Positions 62,598 through 64,000 of a stretch of 64,000 nucleotides of DNA are shown in pieces. The first letter of the stretch is position 1; each line of letters begins with the position of its first letter. The translations under genes and the position numbers were made by a program. This DNA comes from an uncultured Planctomycetota bacterium (lineage in GTDB: Bacteria > Planctomycetota > Planctomycetia > Isosphaerales > Isosphaeraceae): positions 288,001 to 352,000 of the forward strand of contig CAWGMQ010000003.1 of NCBI GenBank assembly GCA_963823665.1, read 5' to 3'. The notes below the pieces were generated by a model. It worked only from the letters and a program-made list of their open reading frames with translations, had not been told where the DNA came from and searched no databases.

Positions 62598-64000
62598 ATG
62601 AATCCGTCGCGGCAGGCCGCAGAACCGCGAAGAGGAAACGGGCAGGAGGAACCGGACGGATCCCCCGGCCACGAGCGCCCCGCCACGACGGTTAGCGGCC
62701 GTCTTATTGATCGTCTGTACACTGCACTGGACGTGGACGCTGGGAATGAGATCGGACTGCCCGGCGAGTATCCGTTTACTCGCGGCGTGCACGAGAGCAT
62801 GTATCGCGGGCGGCTGTGGACGATGCGGCAGTTTGCCGGTTTCGGAACGCCGCGGGAGACGAACGAGCGGTTCAAGTTCCTGCTGGAGAAGGGTCAAACG
62901 GGGCTTTCGACCGCGTTTGACCTGCCCACGCTGATGGGGCTCGATAGCGACAACCCGCGCGCCGCCGGCGAAGTGGGCCGGCTGGGCGTCGCGATGGACA
63001 CGATCGACGACATGCTCGCGCTGTTCGACGGCATCAACCTCGAGCAGGTGTCGGTGTCCATGACCATCAACGCGCCGGCGATCGTCGTGATGGCGTTCTA
63101 CCTCGCCGCCGCGGAAGACCGCGGTTTCAACTGGCAGGCGCTCCGGGGCACGATTCAGAACGACATGCTGAAGGAGTTTCACTCTCAGAACGAGTTCGTG
63201 TTTCCGCCCGAACCGAGCGTGCGTCTGGTCTGCGACGTGATCGAATTCTGCGCCGGGCATGTGCCGCAATGGAACCCGGTATCGATTTCCGGCTATCACA
63301 TCCGCGAGGCTGGATCGACCGCAGCGCAGGAGCTCGCGTTCACGCTTGCCGACGGGTTCCACTACGTTGAGCAGTGCCTGGAGCGCGGGATGGCGGTGGA
63401 CGACTTCGCGCCGCGGCTTTCGTTCTTCTTCAACGCACACAATGACCTGTTCGAAGAAGCCGCCAAGTATCGCGCCGCGCGCGCGCTTTGGGCCGAGGCG
63501 ATGCGGCATCGCTATCACGCGAAAAACGAGGCTTCGTGGAAGCTGCGATGCCACGCCCAGACCGCCGGTTGCTCGCTCCAGAACAAACAGCCCGAGGTCA
63601 ATTTGATAAGGGTGGCCTATCAGGCGCTTGCCGCCGTTCTGGGCGGCTGCCAGTCACTCCATACCAACAGCATGGACGAGACCCTGGCCCTGCCATCGGA
63701 ACATGCCGTCACGCTCGCGCTGCGCACCCAGCAAGTTCTGGCGTACGAGACGGGTGTCACCAACACGGTCGACCCGCTCGGGGGCAGCTACTTCGTCGAG
63801 GCCCTGACGCGAGCGCTCTGCGACGACGCTCGGTCATATTTCGACCGCATCGAATCCTGTGGCGGGATGATTGCGGCCATTGAAGCCGGATTTTTCCGTC
63901 GTGAGATCGCCGATGCCGCGTTTGCTTATCAGCGCGAAGTCGACGCCCGGCGGAAGCTGATCGTCGGTGTCAATGCGTTCGTCGAGCCGGACGAGAAGCC
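62598..64000 (+). CDS. B12-dependent acyl-CoA mutase large subunit (isobutyryl-CoA mutase-like), runs off the window edge
   Basis: [71 protein letters not shown]. Confidence 0.93.
   Translation, partial: MNPSRQAAEPRRGNGQEEPDGSPGHERPATTVSGRLIDRLYTALDVDAGNEIGLPGEYPFTRGVHESMYRGRLWTMRQFAGFGTPRETNERFKFLLEKGQTGLSTAFDLPTLMGLDSDNPRAAGEVGRLGVAMDTIDDMLALFDGINLEQVSVSMTINAPAIVVMAFYLAAAEDRGFNWQALRGTIQNDMLKEFHSQNEFVFPPEPSVRLVCDVIEFCAGHVPQWNPVSISGYHIREAGSTAAQELAFTLADGFHYVEQCLERGMAVDDFAPRLSFFFNAHNDLFEEAAKYRAARALWAEAMRHRYHAKNEASWKLRCHAQTAGCSLQNKQPEVNLIRVAYQALAAVLGGCQSLHTNSMDETLALPSEHAVTLALRTQQVLAYETGVTNTVDPLGGSYFVEALTRALCDDARSYFDRIESCGGMIAAIEAGFFRREIADAAFAYQREVDARRKLIVGVNAFVEPDEK

Noticed and set aside
1..64000. 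tRNA, rRNA, or a cobalamin/FMN riboswitch near the mutase and ribF
   Set aside because: No cloverleaf, rRNA or riboswitch consensus was recognisable by eye; an Infernal scan would be needed to exclude them fully.

Overview
GC-rich bacterial chromosome segment with a strong Planctomycetota signature, inferred from a DUF1549/DUF1553 cytochrome-c protein, two DUF1501 genes, DUF1570, ECF sigma/Ser-Thr kinase pairs and LE-x-R-type N-terminal motifs. Bases ~1000-8150 form a decayed accessory island. It holds a RAYT/TIRtron-like HUH transposase with 17-bp terminal inverted repeats, placed directly against an N-terminally truncated IetS-like S8 protease. It also holds a VapBC-type toxin-antitoxin pair, a WYL regulator remnant, and ~2 kb of non-coding DNA with hexamer-period arrays, an iteron-like cluster, REP-like elements and an orphan promoter. 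The rest is mostly core or lineage-typical genes: a modular GH-A/CBM2 glycanase, a STAS-FHA-STAS protein, bestrophin, ribF, a giant TPR membrane protein, a SWIM pair, a transglutaminase-esterase fusion and a B12-dependent acyl-CoA mutase. A second small decayed patch at ~45.2-48.4 kb holds an MbtH remnant, a triple RNAP alpha-CTD protein and a DUF4058 stub. The most intriguing candidate system (55.6-62.0 kb) is an ECF sigma factor, an atypical HGD/DFN TPR kinase, a 2OG-Fe(II)-like enzyme and a tiny Pro-rich peptide with an export-like motif. About 20 frameshifts or nonsense codons in otherwise intact genes suggest uncorrected long-read errors, so pseudogene calls are provisional. All family assignments come from motif recognition by eye; no database searches were run.
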